From Trichoplax sp. H2 (Eukaryota): a DNA stretch of 64,000 bases. Positions 43,113 through 56,251 of this stretch are shown here, piece by piece. Made by a program: the position numbers and the translations under genes. Location: the NCBI GenBank assembly GCA_003344405.1, contig NOWV01000261.1:1-64000 (forward strand). The letters are read 5' to 3'. Under the pieces are notes generated by a model. It saw nothing but the letters and a program-made list of their open reading frames with translations. It did not search any database and had not been told where the DNA came from. The stretch's first letter is position 1. Each line of letters begins with the position of its first letter.

Positions 43113-45454
43113 TCAATCAGATATATAAAGCACTATCGATTCGATCTTTAGGAATGAGCGATATAGTGCTACAACGAATAGAAAAATAGAATTTCAATAC
43201 TGGTTATGTCTAATATTGTTCTAACGCTAGTATTACTACTATCGTTTAGTTCGTTATTAGAATCCTAGATATGTTAATATTCTCAATGCTTAAAACTGAG
43301 AAATAAGTTAAAAACTGCGTTACCTAATTAAGCGTGCGAATATGAAATATTTCACTTGCTTATGAATATTTGTATGGCATGTATATATGTCCTCGTATTA
43401 GGATGATATTAATACATTTTTATAAGCAATCATTGTGCTTTATAGTACTTACGGACTTTTTAATGAATAATAAATGATTATAACTTGACTGTAAAATTTC
43501 AACTTAATTATCTACTGAACTAGACTAGAGTAACGCTTCCATAGTATCAGCACTATTACATGATAATTTTGTGCATTAATTCATAAAATACCAGTAATAG
43601 TAGCCAATACATCGATATTTTATATGAATAACCACGTTAAATATAAATTTAATACAGTAATATGAAGCCATGAGTTTACTACCATTAACTCATTCGTTTC
43701 TGACGACAACTCAACTGTGCCATAACTACCGAAAATTACTATTAACACTAGTTTTTCTAACTACTGACCTTGATATCTTACCTTTAGGCTACAAGCGTAG
43801 TCTGCAGTACATGGCTATTTTATGAAACCTATTTAACTAATTACATTTTATGAATAAATTGTGGCTTGTAGTAGAAATTATTGAATATAAATTAACATTA
43901 CCATATTATCGCTTTTCTCTATCTAGGATCACCATATGATAAACTTTACAGTCTACAAGATATTATAATCATAAATCAATAATAAATTTGTCGCTTTCTT
44001 ATCTATAGAAGATACTAAAGTTTAAATTCTTTAAAAAGTTTATGACATTTATTCACCGGTTATAAAATAATATTTCTGTAAGCCAATTTACAGTTTCACT
44101 TGCATAACCTTAAAAGCAATTGCGAAAATATTAGAGTCATGACATAAAGAATATAAACAAATATTAGATATCTACGATAATGCACGCAATTAATTTAGTG
44201 TGTTATAACAGGTCGTTATAAATTGACATATTAGAGGCACATAATAATCATGCTGTATAAGAATCTATCTATGTTAAAAGAACAAATTCTATGTACAGTA
44301 TAAAGGCCTAGCACTTGTAAGAAATACGAAAATCATTTACAGTAGAAGTTTGTACAGGAATATCTAAAGTACGGTGGTTAATAGTTCTTTTGTAAATGAG
44401 GCACTGTTGCTACGAAAATTTATGTCACTTAAGGTAGTTCCATATAGAAGAAAGGAAAGCAATCGCGAAAAAATATCAGAAATCAAATGCATGCACATCC
44501 ACGTATGTCGTTTTGCGATATAAGTATACAGTAGGAGCATATTAGCTGACAATTACAAATATGTTAGGGAGACACAGTAGAACGTTATGCGGCTAATTCT
44601 TGTAAACCAATTAAACCAGTTTAATATAAGCCAAATACTTGCAAGAAATATTACTGCACTTAAGGAGCAGAAATCGCATATTTTAGAAATATCTATTCCC
44701 AGCTAATACTGTTCCATATAAATATAGTGCTGACATGGAATAGTCGTAATTTCTTACTTCTCTATCCTATGACAATCACTTAATTTATGCATTGAAAATA
44801 ATTGTCGTCAGGATATATAGTTTAACAGCCATTATATTATTTCACTTCCTTGTCTTAAGTAATAATACAGCATTCTTTATTCAGTAAAATAACTCCTCCC
44901 AGTTCCTACAGCTACATTGTCCATTAATTTGTACCATCGCATTTCCGACACATAACTATGTACTACTGAAACAGGTTTATAAGCACATTCTAACACTGTT
45001 TATTACATAAAAATTAGTTACTGCTATGCCCGTATATTGGTTGTCTCAGACTCCGTTCGGGATAATAATAACACAGTACAGTACATTAACAATATATTTC
45101 ACAAAGAGTGTATGTGTAATCGATAGTATATAATTTATATAATCAATTCACGCTTATACTGTATGATTCGATCGATATTTATCTGTTGATATTTCGATGG
45201 TATGACGAATCAGCAAGTACTGAAGTAGTCTTTGTAAGAACACTACTTATCATATAATTATAGCTTTGGCGTAGTCCTTAGGTAGACTTGCTACCTTTTA
45301 AGTTGAAAAAACGTGAAACTGTCTGCAATAGAATGATCCGACTCAGACATTAGGTGTGCCATGGTGATCAAACACTTACTAATTGGATCAATGTTGACGA
45401 TCAACTGGACTGCCAATTTAGAACTCGTAATTTAAACGATCACTTGGTAAATCT

Positions 45455-48400
45455 ATGGAGTACGTGATGGGCAGCTCATCACGAAAAATAGTCATGCTAT
45501 GGTTTATATCAATGATAATACTTTCTGCCAGCATTATTGTTGAAGGAGTTCATGAAAGCAACAGATGTCAACAATATCGTGAGAAACGGTGCCAATTTAA
45601 TACTTCATCCGTTTATAGCTTCTCTGGTACGTGTTCGTCAAAAATTAATTTTTTCAGATTAGTTCGTGCCCCACATTCCATCTTTACTGTCTCAAGGGGT
45701 AGATATTTCATAATAAATACAATCTCTAAGTTTCTTCGTAGTAGTACCTTGCTTGGCTCCATCAATCCGCTAGCTCAAGCAGTAAGGTACCTTACCTTAT
45801 TATTAATTAAATTAAAACTAGGAACGAATTTATATTTCAGTTATTACATATTTACCGGTACTCAATCTATCTAAACGAAATTATATTCCAATAAATGAAA
45901 AGAATTTCTTTTTCATCAGTTACGAAAACGACTAACGAAATGATTTTGTTTTTAACAGTCCCTCCAGTTTATTACACTCGTTGCAATTTTGATAGCGATA
46001 CTTGCGGTTGGAACCAACTGAAGAATATTGATTTCTTTGATTGGACTCGTTCTAAAGGCAGCCTTCCCAGTGCTGGTACACGATCACTGTATGATCATAC
46101 ACAAAATAATGGTTAGTTGCTTAGCTTAAAGTTAATATTTGACGATAGTAAACACAAGTGTAGCTAGTGAAACTGAACCGTACAAAACTGCTACACGTTC
46201 TGTTAAATATATATGTTACGGCCTACGCGTATTGGCCAACTTCGGGTTTTGGCCGTAACCTATGTTATACGTGCTCGAGCAAGTAAAATTGATATTTACG
46301 ATTCTTTAATGAATCTTTGACAATTAGAAGTAATCCTATGGAAAAATTTAGAATAATTTAAGTTTGTATTATAGGTTCTGGTTTTTACATGTACATTGAC
46401 GCATCGGTAAACAATTACGGAACTTATGCGGATTTGATTAGCCCACCGTTACAATTATCGGCAGTTGGTGATAAAATAAGGGTAAGCAATCCTATTCGTA
46501 CAGAAATTGTACTTATGATTGTTTTCAATCTCTTACTAACAAACAAATAAACTTAAAAGCGATTGATGAAGATGAATTGATAGTTAATTATTGTAATGCT
46601 ATCGTAATCGACGATAGTCGTAGATCGCAAGTGTAAAAGAATTTTATGGCATGGCTAATCGTATGTTTGCGTTCATGATCTTACACATTGTCCAATTCAT
46701 TTTATAGATTTCATTTTATTATCATGCATTTGGTTCAAGCTTGGGAGAGCTTCATGTCTATGCTGTATATCCTAGGCACGAAAACGCCTTCCATGTACTT
46801 CATAAGATTAAATCGAACTCTATAAATTCTTGGCGGCTGTATACAAAGAGTTTCACTCTCAAATACAGTACCTATCATGTAAGTAGCTAATAACAAATAT
46901 GAATATGAGGACTTTGCCATGTCCATTTATATTATTTTTATTTAAAATAATGTATAAGCTCTGTCTTCCATAACTACGCAAGATTTGAAACTTAATAAAT
47001 AAATATATTCAGAATATGTCACTAGCCTATAAATACTAAGTACTAATTAGTAAACTCTTATCGATCGTTCAATTTCTATCGCATTGATTTCCATTGCTTA
47101 CTATAATGATGAAAAGATTTTACTTCGAGGAATGGTTGGATCGACCCACTCTAGTAATATTGCTATTGACGATATTAGCGTTTTATCAGTTGGTAAGGCT
47201 ATAATTAAGTGACGGATTATGCATCTACTCCATATGCCTAAGTTTCGTTACTGATCAAAAAATAAATTCTTTTTCTATCATCAGAAACATCTTGCTACAC
47301 CAGTCATGGTGAGTTTTACCGTGGAACAGAAAATTACGCCAGAAATGGCAGCGTTTGCCAAAATTGGCATTCTTTTAATTTGACCACTAGCTACGCCACT
47401 GCTAACCATTTAATGTCAAACTATTGTCGGAATCCCTTTGGATCGACTCGAAATCATCCATGGTGCTTTACAGATACTTTAACACGTCAGTGGCAATACT
47501 GTAATATTTCTAGATGCAATCCATTGCTCATTCCTACTCCAGCCTATCCGTTGGGAAGTGAGTAAATGGATACATGATTAATAGAATCGTCCTTGATTTT
47601 AAGATCGAAAAGGGCCTATTAAGCATAATACTCGTATACTACAATTTTTATTCATTTCTATTTAATAACATTTTACTTTACTTCTTCTCTAATTAAAGCT
47701 CCCTATCCGTTAAGTTTTGTCCACAATTTAGTAGAACAAACCAATGTTGGTCGAGTAGTTTTGTATCATAATGGACAGTGGGGTACTATATGTAGAGCTG
47801 GTTTAAAGGCCTCTACAGCTGCTCTCATGTGCCAGAGCTTCGGAATTGGCACCGTCGGACAACTAACGAGTATGTAATTTTACTTGAGGCATGCAATGTT
47901 TCTTGTGAATCATTAACAGTTACGGAGATCATTACGCGTTACCATCATTACAATTAAACCTGTCTCGTGCTTTCCATTACAACTATTACAGTTAATAGAT
48001 ATATAGGTGTTGATCCTGTTTGGCTAAATGGTTCCAGTATAAATTGTCAAAATTCGACATCCATATCGGCCTGTACTTTCAATCCTAGGGGCAGTATATG
48101 CCCTAATACATTGGATGCATGGATAGCTTGCAGTTATAAAGCAGGTTAAAACTAATATAAGTTCAAAAATGTCAAAAATAATTCATGATTTGATATGGCA
48201 GTTACCATACCAGATAGCTAAATATCTTTTAGAAGCTATAAAGGAGATAACTGTTGTAGGTGCTATTAGTATACGCGCTTTGCCTATCATCAAATAAGTA
48301 CGGTTGAAAAACTGGGAAGTAACAAGCTAGGATAGTAAATTAGTTACCAGGATTTCATATTTTGACCTACTATAATTTTCTGGTAACGATTTGCATTATA

Positions 48401-51400
48401 ACCATCTAATTAATAATACTCTAGCAGCACTAGTTTTACGATCCTAATTCTATACAACTATCGGCTTACGCGCGCCAATTAGTTTCTTGCTGTCGTTTAA
48501 AAATGACTAGGTATTAGTGAAATATTTCGAAAACAAATGTGCACCTAAATGTGGATTAAGTTAATATAAAATAATGATATGAACATGCCAAACGATCACC
48601 TCCGCTTTCTAGAGATTATATATAAGCACTTTATTATATCAATTTGCTAATCTACAACTTACCTTAAAGATATCAACTAATACACGAATTTTTGTATAAC
48701 ATCTCGTGATTAACTATTGTGAAAAAATTAAAGCTTCTACGAGGTATAACATATCACTTTCTAGTGGAGGAAATGATACTAGTGGCGTTATTTATGTTGG
48801 AGTTAACGATCGATATGGTATCATCTGTTTTTCGGCTTGGAATTTAAATAGTGCTGATGTCGCCTGTCGACAAATGGGATACATTGGAGCCTATTCTTCT
48901 AATGGTACGCACTATGTATAACGGATTATTGATATGCATCGGAAATATAAGTTTTGACATTGTCAGTTATATCACTTAATTTCAGTTACGACTAGTATAT
49001 ACCCAACGAGATCGGTATTGATCGATTTAATTGAATGCAATGGCTACGAAAGTTCAATTGGCCAATGTAAAGCATTGATAGTTTCATCATCCTCTTCCTG
49101 TCTTTCAACCAGTATTGCTACAGCTTCATGCAATTCCGGCCAAAAGTCATACAGTGAGTTGATATTGTAACAAAGGATAGCCTATCCTAAATTATGCTTG
49201 TTTCCTAGATAAAAATGAAGTGATTGGGTTGCCCATTAAACAGCAGCTAGTTAAAAATTTACAACATAGGATATTTTATGTACGGCAGACAAGTATTACT
49301 CATGTTTGCATCTTTTAGCAGAACGTAATGCTATAATATTTCATGCCTCAAAGTAAAATAATTTACCCGCATAATACAGGCATGATTTTTTATTACAAGT
49401 AATAAACAATTACAACTCTGCCATTGTTGTTAACTTGTTGCTGCAGTAAATATTATAGTAAATGTTGCCTAAATGGATAGTCTATACTTGATTATATTAT
49501 CACAAATAATAAAATTCTATGCTATTTGAAAAGCAATACGTTAGCATTACAATACTAGATGCAGTCGTTTACATGAATTATAATGTAAGGAAATAATGTA
49601 CAATGTTTTTAATTATACAATGATTTAAGCAATGATAACACTATGCTTATAGATCAGTAACTGTGTAGATAAATACATGTTTATCGTATGCGTATAGAGG
49701 AGATTAAGATGCAATTAGCAATAACTACCAAGGATACATTATTGACAATTTCGCCATATAATTATCGTTACAGCAAGCAATAATAAACCTTCCAATTGTC
49801 AGTTTGAGTATGGTTTATGTGGATGGAATACTACTGGAAATCCAACATGGATTTGGCATCCTGCTGGTACTGGACGTTTTGCAGGATTCTCAAATGGTAA
49901 GTTATAACTCAACTCTATTACCTAGCTATTTAAGCAGGAACTGATAGGAAGCAAAAACGTATTCAATTCATATTAATAGATATGTCGTACTTACAACTTG
50001 TAAGGCCACCTGGTTATGCAAATCCAATTACAGCCGTATTTAGCAGTCCACCTTTCGAAAGGATAGATACTAGTGTCTATGTAAGAACTTCGAGCCTTGG
50101 ACTACAGTGTCGTAACAAAGGCACATATCTAACAGCAGTCTTGCATAGGAAGTTAATTTAATTTAATTCGACTCTAATTTTAAATTATTTCAGATTACTT
50201 TTCGGTACATTTTGAATAGCCATTTCTCAGGAGTGTTCGAAATCCAATATGCCATGTTAACGATGCAATATTTTGATCGCATTTACCACAATGCTTTTAC
50301 ATCGGCAGATTTCAATACATGGCTATCTGTTACGACGACGACATTTAGGCCTAGCAGCTCATCGCTATTTCGCGTAAGTTTGTTTACAGTTGCCCCATTT
50401 ATAGGATTCAGTTGACTGACCATCAATATTGCATAGCCGCACCGATAGATGAAATGAATGTTTTAGCCTTATTTCCGTTGATATCCTCATTTTTGTGGAT
50501 TGAACTATTAAGTATTATGCTTCCATTGCAAATTGCAAACTATAAATCAATGCTAATTCCATTTGATTTTTAATTATCGGTTCAAACAATTAGATTAATT
50601 TCTTTTATAAGTCACCTCCTACGTCTTCCAACTCCGAAATTAGTGTCATAGGACTAGATGATATTAGAGTTTATGGCGTCGATGGCATTCATCCTTGTAC
50701 GTTGCTACTTATTCCCATCCTGACTATGATTGGAATATATCGATAGATAATTAAAGTGTTTTCATTTCGTTAACCGTTTTCTTTGATGTCTGATTTCTGC
50801 TACTATTCCTATACCATATTAATTTATTATTGGTGATTCGAATATGGCAAATATTTATTGATACATAATCACTTTGGTTCATTACAGCTCATGCTGCACA
50901 TAATTTAACCCGCCTTGGAATTGGCTGTGGAGTTGGATTGACAGTCCTCATGTTTATTATTGCTTACGCCTATGTTGTTAGATATAGGCGTAGGCTTGAA
51001 CGGGGTGGTAGAAGCACGATAGCAAATGTCAATTTAAATGGTCAAGGTGAAAACGGAGTAGTAACAGCTGATACTCATTTCAATGGCGCTAGCATGAATT
51101 CTGTGCAAAATCTACCACCACCAAGTAGGTTTGAAGACTTGTGTAGACTTTAGCTCGAAATTTGCGACTATCTTTTACTAGCTATCAGCAAATAAAATTA
51201 TCAATTAGTATGACTGTACTGTAGCAAGTGGATTTAAAAAGTCTTTCGCCAGCGAGTAGGTTTGACGACGACGACTTGTGTTGACTTTCGAGTGTAAATT
51301 AGCGACTATCGTTTACTACAGTAAGTAAGACTATCCTGTACTGTAGCAATTGGATAAAATAATCTACCACCACCGAGTAGGTTGGATGCCTAGTGATTTT

Positions 51401-52018
51401 AGATCCTCAATTTGTGACTATTGCTTACTAAATTAAATTATCACCTAGTATGGCATAATGTTGCAAGTGAATGAAGTAATAAGCGAATGTAAAAGTACAA
51501 TATTGATCAAATGATTGATATCCTATTTGAATTGTACTAGGTTATCCAGCTGCTATAAATTCTCACGCCACTGGTAAGTTACAGTAATTGCAACTACTTT
51601 TGATAATTAATTTATCATTTAAAAAATTTCGACTAGAACTGCTGTCTACTACTTTTCATGTAAGCTTATCCTGTAATTCTACCTTTACGCTTATTCCCAT
51701 ATCCATTAGGTGAAACGCCATCTTCGCAATCAGGTTGTGATAATAACGATCACAACAGCGAGTTGGGAACCAATAATTTAAGATATCAAGTTGATTCCAA
51801 TAGTCAATTATCAACGAAAAGTCCTGCAGGTAGTTACTATACTGTATTTTATTAACAATCATTTTCTACACGTGCGAGTATTTTAAGTGGATAGAATAGC
51901 GTAGCTTGTCTTGGTGAAATTAATTATAGTACAGTACAGTATATAATATTTAAAATTTTTATGGCTAGACCCATCGCTGGCACCTCCAACCTACGATCAG
52001 GCTGCGTCACGTCAATAA
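45455..52018 (+). CDS. Locus G: type-I membrane receptor SP-short propeptide-REKR-MAM-kringle-SRCR-SRCR-MAM-TM-PPxY tail (~18 exons)
   Basis: Exons: 45455-45626; ~45959-46111, 46375-46481, 46708-46878, 47117-47192 (MAM1); 47285-47557 (kringle); 47699-47869, 47991-48144, 48733-48904, 48986-49153 (2 SRCR); 49774-50696 (MAM2); 50889-51124 (TM LGIGCGVGLTVLMFIIAYAYVV-RYRRR); 51541-51573, 51710-51829, 51969-52018 (LAPPTYDQAASRQ*). The start could instead be ATG 45467. Confidence 0.87.
51108..51470 (+). repeat. Three diverged tandem copies (~120-125 bp) of the TM-exon 3' end plus intron start of locus G
   Basis: aatctaccaccaccaagtaggtttga..gcgactatc..ttacta (51110), gccagcgagtaggtttga..gcgactatcgtttacta (51248) and aatctaccaccaccgagtaggttgga..gtgactattgcttacta (51361). 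Confidence 0.75.
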
Positions 52019-52822
52019 CAAGCATTCCATCAATTACTTCTGCCATATCGCTTTGGAACTTAACAAGTATCTCTCCGTTGTGGAGATTTTCCAATCTATC
52101 CAATCGTTTTTGGATTTAATCAGTGTCACAACGTCGTTTGCAACAATCGGATTCCCGTTCCACACTTATCCTACTCTCCTCTGTCCTACAGTAAAACTGC
52201 CACCAGGCGTCACTACTCGCTCCACTTCAGCGAAGGACCTCAGTCAACAGTAAAGGCGGACTAGAAGCGTCTGGATAAATTTACTAAACTAACTTTATTA
52301 GGTCTCCGTATTTTCCTCCTCTCTAGCGAGGTAAACTACAACCTCTTATATACTTGTATCAAATCTACACCTTTTCCACCTGTTAATTATTCTTATACAT
52401 AACTTAGTCTTTTCTATAACTTTGTAATCCTATTAATTACTATCGAACAAATATGTGATAATTGATATTATTATGCGCTAATAATATTATAGCTCCAATT
52501 AACAATTTAAGATCTAACAGATTCCCTACAAGTGTGANNNNNNNNNNNNNNNNNNNNAATCATTTTCTACACGTGCGAGTATTTTAAGTGGATAGAATAG
52601 CGTAGCTTGTCTTGGTGAAATTAATTATAGTACAGTATATAATATTTGAAATTTTTATGGCTAGACCCATCGCTGCCACCTCCAACCTACGATCAGGCTG
52701 CGTCATGTCAATAACAAGCATTCCATCAATTACTTCTGCCATATCGCTTTGGAACTTATAACAAGTATCTCTCCGTTGTGGAGATTTTCCAATCTATCCA
52801 ATCGTTTTTGGATTTAATCAGT
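51857..52822 (+). repeat. ~265-bp duplication (51857-52124 / 52558-52822) across a gap, containing the last exon of G; likely two haplotypes
   Basis: Near-identical copies differ by SNPs (gca/cca, cgt/tgt) and small indels; the second copy starts right at the gap. Confidence 0.85.
52538..52557. other. Assembly gap (20 N)
   Basis: Run of N. Confidence 1.
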
Positions 52823-53599
52823 AATGAAGTGGATAAATTACTGTACTATACTTATTTCCAAAGGTTGCTACCCTATTACTGTATATTATCTTAAAGTAAT
52901 TGAAATATCATAGTGAAATTGTCTTTCTATACAACTAAAGTTGATGAAATCTATGTGTAATCCTTTTTACTATGTGAAGAGGCTACTGTGCAATGTTAAG
53001 TTCATCATTATTTCATCAGCATTTGCCATATTTACGCCCATACAATTTTTGCAGCATAACAGGTGCTCATTTGCCATCGGCATACTTTGCATTACTAGTA
53101 TTAGTATTATTAATTGATCCATCGTAATATGATGGCGAATACTCGTACAGTAATCAGCTAAACTTCTACTCACAACTAACATTGGTTATTTATTCAACCA
53201 AATTACCAAGTATTGTTATTTATTATACAATTAACCGCACAAAAATATTCTTTTTTGCGCGGGGATTATTCTTGGACACGCTGTATACCGTATTATCAAC
53301 AGTAAATAAATAAATAAATAAAATTTCATGTTGCAGTGGGTGTTTACTTACCACTGGTATTATGAAGGTTAACGATAAGATTAGATTAGTTACGTTTAAT
53401 TAATTAAGGCGCCATCGAGGCGGCAAAAGACGAGATAATGATACTACTGAATTCGTGTAATGACTTAAAGATTCGTTCATCGTCTGAATGAATGCTTTTA
53501 GAGAGAACCTGTCATTCTGTTTTAACTCTATTCAATAAGACGAAGTTGTTTAGCTAAGACTTCTGACACTATCGTACATTTTGATCAAGGCTAATATTT

Positions 53600-55890
53600 A
53601 TTTATGGATTCCGCGAGAGAGAGAAGCTGCTATCTGTCGGTAGTCACAGATTACTGTACGCTATCGATGGCGTCGAATAAATCATCTGATCAAATCCTTC
53701 AATGATAAACATCCAATTCCACCGATTGACGGTTTACTATGGTATACTGTATTTATATTTAATTATGGATTCGAGGAGGGAAGGAGGTAGCTATCTGTCG
53801 TTAGTCTGATAAGTGATGACAGTAGGTTATCAACCGTTATCCAAGGCGACTGGATTGACACAATCACAATTTCTTCCTACTAAATCATCTGGTCAAATCC
53901 TTCAATGATGAACATCCAACGTCTACCTTTTCCGAATTAATGAATCTTTATCGCTGTATTGCAGGCGAGGAAACATGTCAAGCAAAATTCTCACCGACGC
54001 ACAGGAATAGAAACTTTGCAAGTCGCTACCATATCTCAATCCTATATCCTTAGGGTCATTTGCTAAGTACATCATCCACTTCTATAACTCTTTGTCCATG
54101 ATAGCATACAAGAAATTCAACGACAACATCCTCTCCATGTTGTTTTCAAGAATGATAAATTAATTACGATGCTATTGGTATTTCATTCACGAAACAACAT
54201 GGTGCATGTCTGCAAACGCAAGTTGGACATGGCAGTGTTACACAGTCAATTGCTACTTGCCAATTTGAGTTGCCATCATTCGTTTCCATACTGCAATAAT
54301 CATAAGATAGCAAAGTATTGCTATTGCTCGTTGCTAATGCTAAGGTCAATTTTAATTTGATTATCCACTACAGCATCCAGTCATGATTGCAGATAACAGT
54401 AGAAAGGCGTCAAGTAGCCATGAGGAAGTAGCCATGCTGTCTATCCTTCTTTCAACTGAACGTAAGTTGCTATTGGTATTTCATTCACGATACAACAAGG
54501 TGCATGTCTGCAAATGCAAGTTGGACATGGCAGTGTTACACAGTCAATGGCTACCTGCTAATTTGAGTAGCCATCATTCGTTTCCATACTGCAGTAATCC
54601 TAAGATAGCAAAGCATTGCTATTGCTCGTTGCTAATGCGAAGGTCAAGAGAGGAGATCAGGATGTTACTGTCCGAAAATATTCATGCGCACCTCTAATCT
54701 CTTTCGCACGCGGCACGCATACTGGACTGCTGGAGAATATATCAAAATAATCTTGCCATTTAGCAGTCTACAAAAGCGCCGCCTTGATCTCATTATCTGC
54801 TAGTTAGCTGCATTCCTTCTTGCTGATGCTTCCACGCCAAGTTTGAACGTCTCCAGTATTGTCGAAAGGTAACAAATTTATTTTTAGTTTTTCATTGATT
54901 GGCAAGAAGACAAAGTAGTATTGCAGCGGCAGAATATTTTCGCCTCTTGCTTGTCTATGTCAAATGAGTTCAATATCATACCCAACAGTTAAACCCTAAC
55001 CAATCTAACGGGGATCTTATTACTATTAATGTACATAAAATGTCGGATCAAGTCCAATAGACGTCTCGTCAACGAGAATAGATGGATGACTACTAATCGT
55101 ATTAAATAATAAAATGTGCCATACTTGCTGTATTATAGATGATGCTATTCTGACAATTTCCCGAATCTAATGATTGGAAAGCTAAAGTTGACTTTAAAAA
55201 TTATTACTTCGGATTAAGTCCGATAGACGTCTCGACAACGCACATGGATGGATGACTACTAATCGTAATGAATAATAAAAAGTGCCGTACTTGTTGTATT
55301 CTATATGATGCTATTCTGACAATTTCCCGAATCTAATGATTGGAATGCTAAAGTCGATTTTAAAACTATTTTGAACTTCAGAGAATAAAGTAGAAACATC
55401 CAATACAAATTTCGCTCAAACTCGTACATCGTAATGGAAGCTAATCCCCGCGTTCTGTTCTTGCGATGTAGTTCTGTTAAGGTCTTTCCACTCTTCAAAT
55501 AATTATAGTTATTATTATAACTTATGAATATAGTTGGACCTACTATTTTGCATAAATTGAAAGGAATCATCAAGCTTTCAATAGTAATGATCAAACTAGA
55601 ATGTAAAGTGTCTGCTTGAGCTAGTAATGGATTGATAAACACAGAAAAGTAAAATGGCGTTGGCGGTCTTTCATAAAATTGGTATATCGCCCAGTGCACG
55701 TGTTAGTCGTTTACTCCTTTGCTTTATCTGCTATAATTCTAAACGGTAAACTAAACAAAGTCCATCTGTAGTTGTTGGTAATAATCACCCTATAATGTAA
55801 AGTGTCCTTGAGCTGATAATGGATTGACAAAATAGAAACGTAAATGTTGTTGGCGGTTGTTCTTAAAACAAGGAATATATCGCCAGGAAA
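53600..55890. repeat. Cluster of local direct duplications upstream of locus H
   Basis: Pairs: ~53602-53717/53763-53919; ~54169-54348/54468-54647; ~55050-55200/55217-55365; ~55597-55695/55793-55887. Shared words include taaatcatctg.tcaaatccttcaatgat.aacatccaa, gttggacatggcagtgttacacagtcaat and gatgctattctgacaatttcccgaatctaatgattggaa. Confidence 0.85.
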
Positions 55891-56251
55891 CCGTATGGCT
55901 CTAGACTTATCAACAACGTAATTAATCAATTGCATTAAACGGGTAAATTAATAGAAAGTCCAAATCATGGCTTTATAGCTAAGTTGTCAAGTACCATCAA
56001 ATTGTTCCATAAACTTACCTTTAAGAATTTAAAAAGCAAATTACCGTAGTAAACTACGATTTCTTGCAAAATGGAAAGTCGGCGACGTCCACTTTGTCTA
56101 CAAACTTTAAAATCGAAATTTTTATTCGAGAGTCCAATCTTAATTAGTTATACTTCACTTGCATTTTTGGATTCTTTGCCAGGACAAGAAAAGACAAAAA
56201 CCATAAAGCGATTAAGGAATTAGGTCTAGCTGTAATAACATTAACTAAAGC

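Noticed and set aside
52665..52713. Second copy of the terminal exon of G as an alternative last exon
   Set aside because: It starts shortly after the gap within a near-identical duplicated block, and is better explained as the other haplotype.
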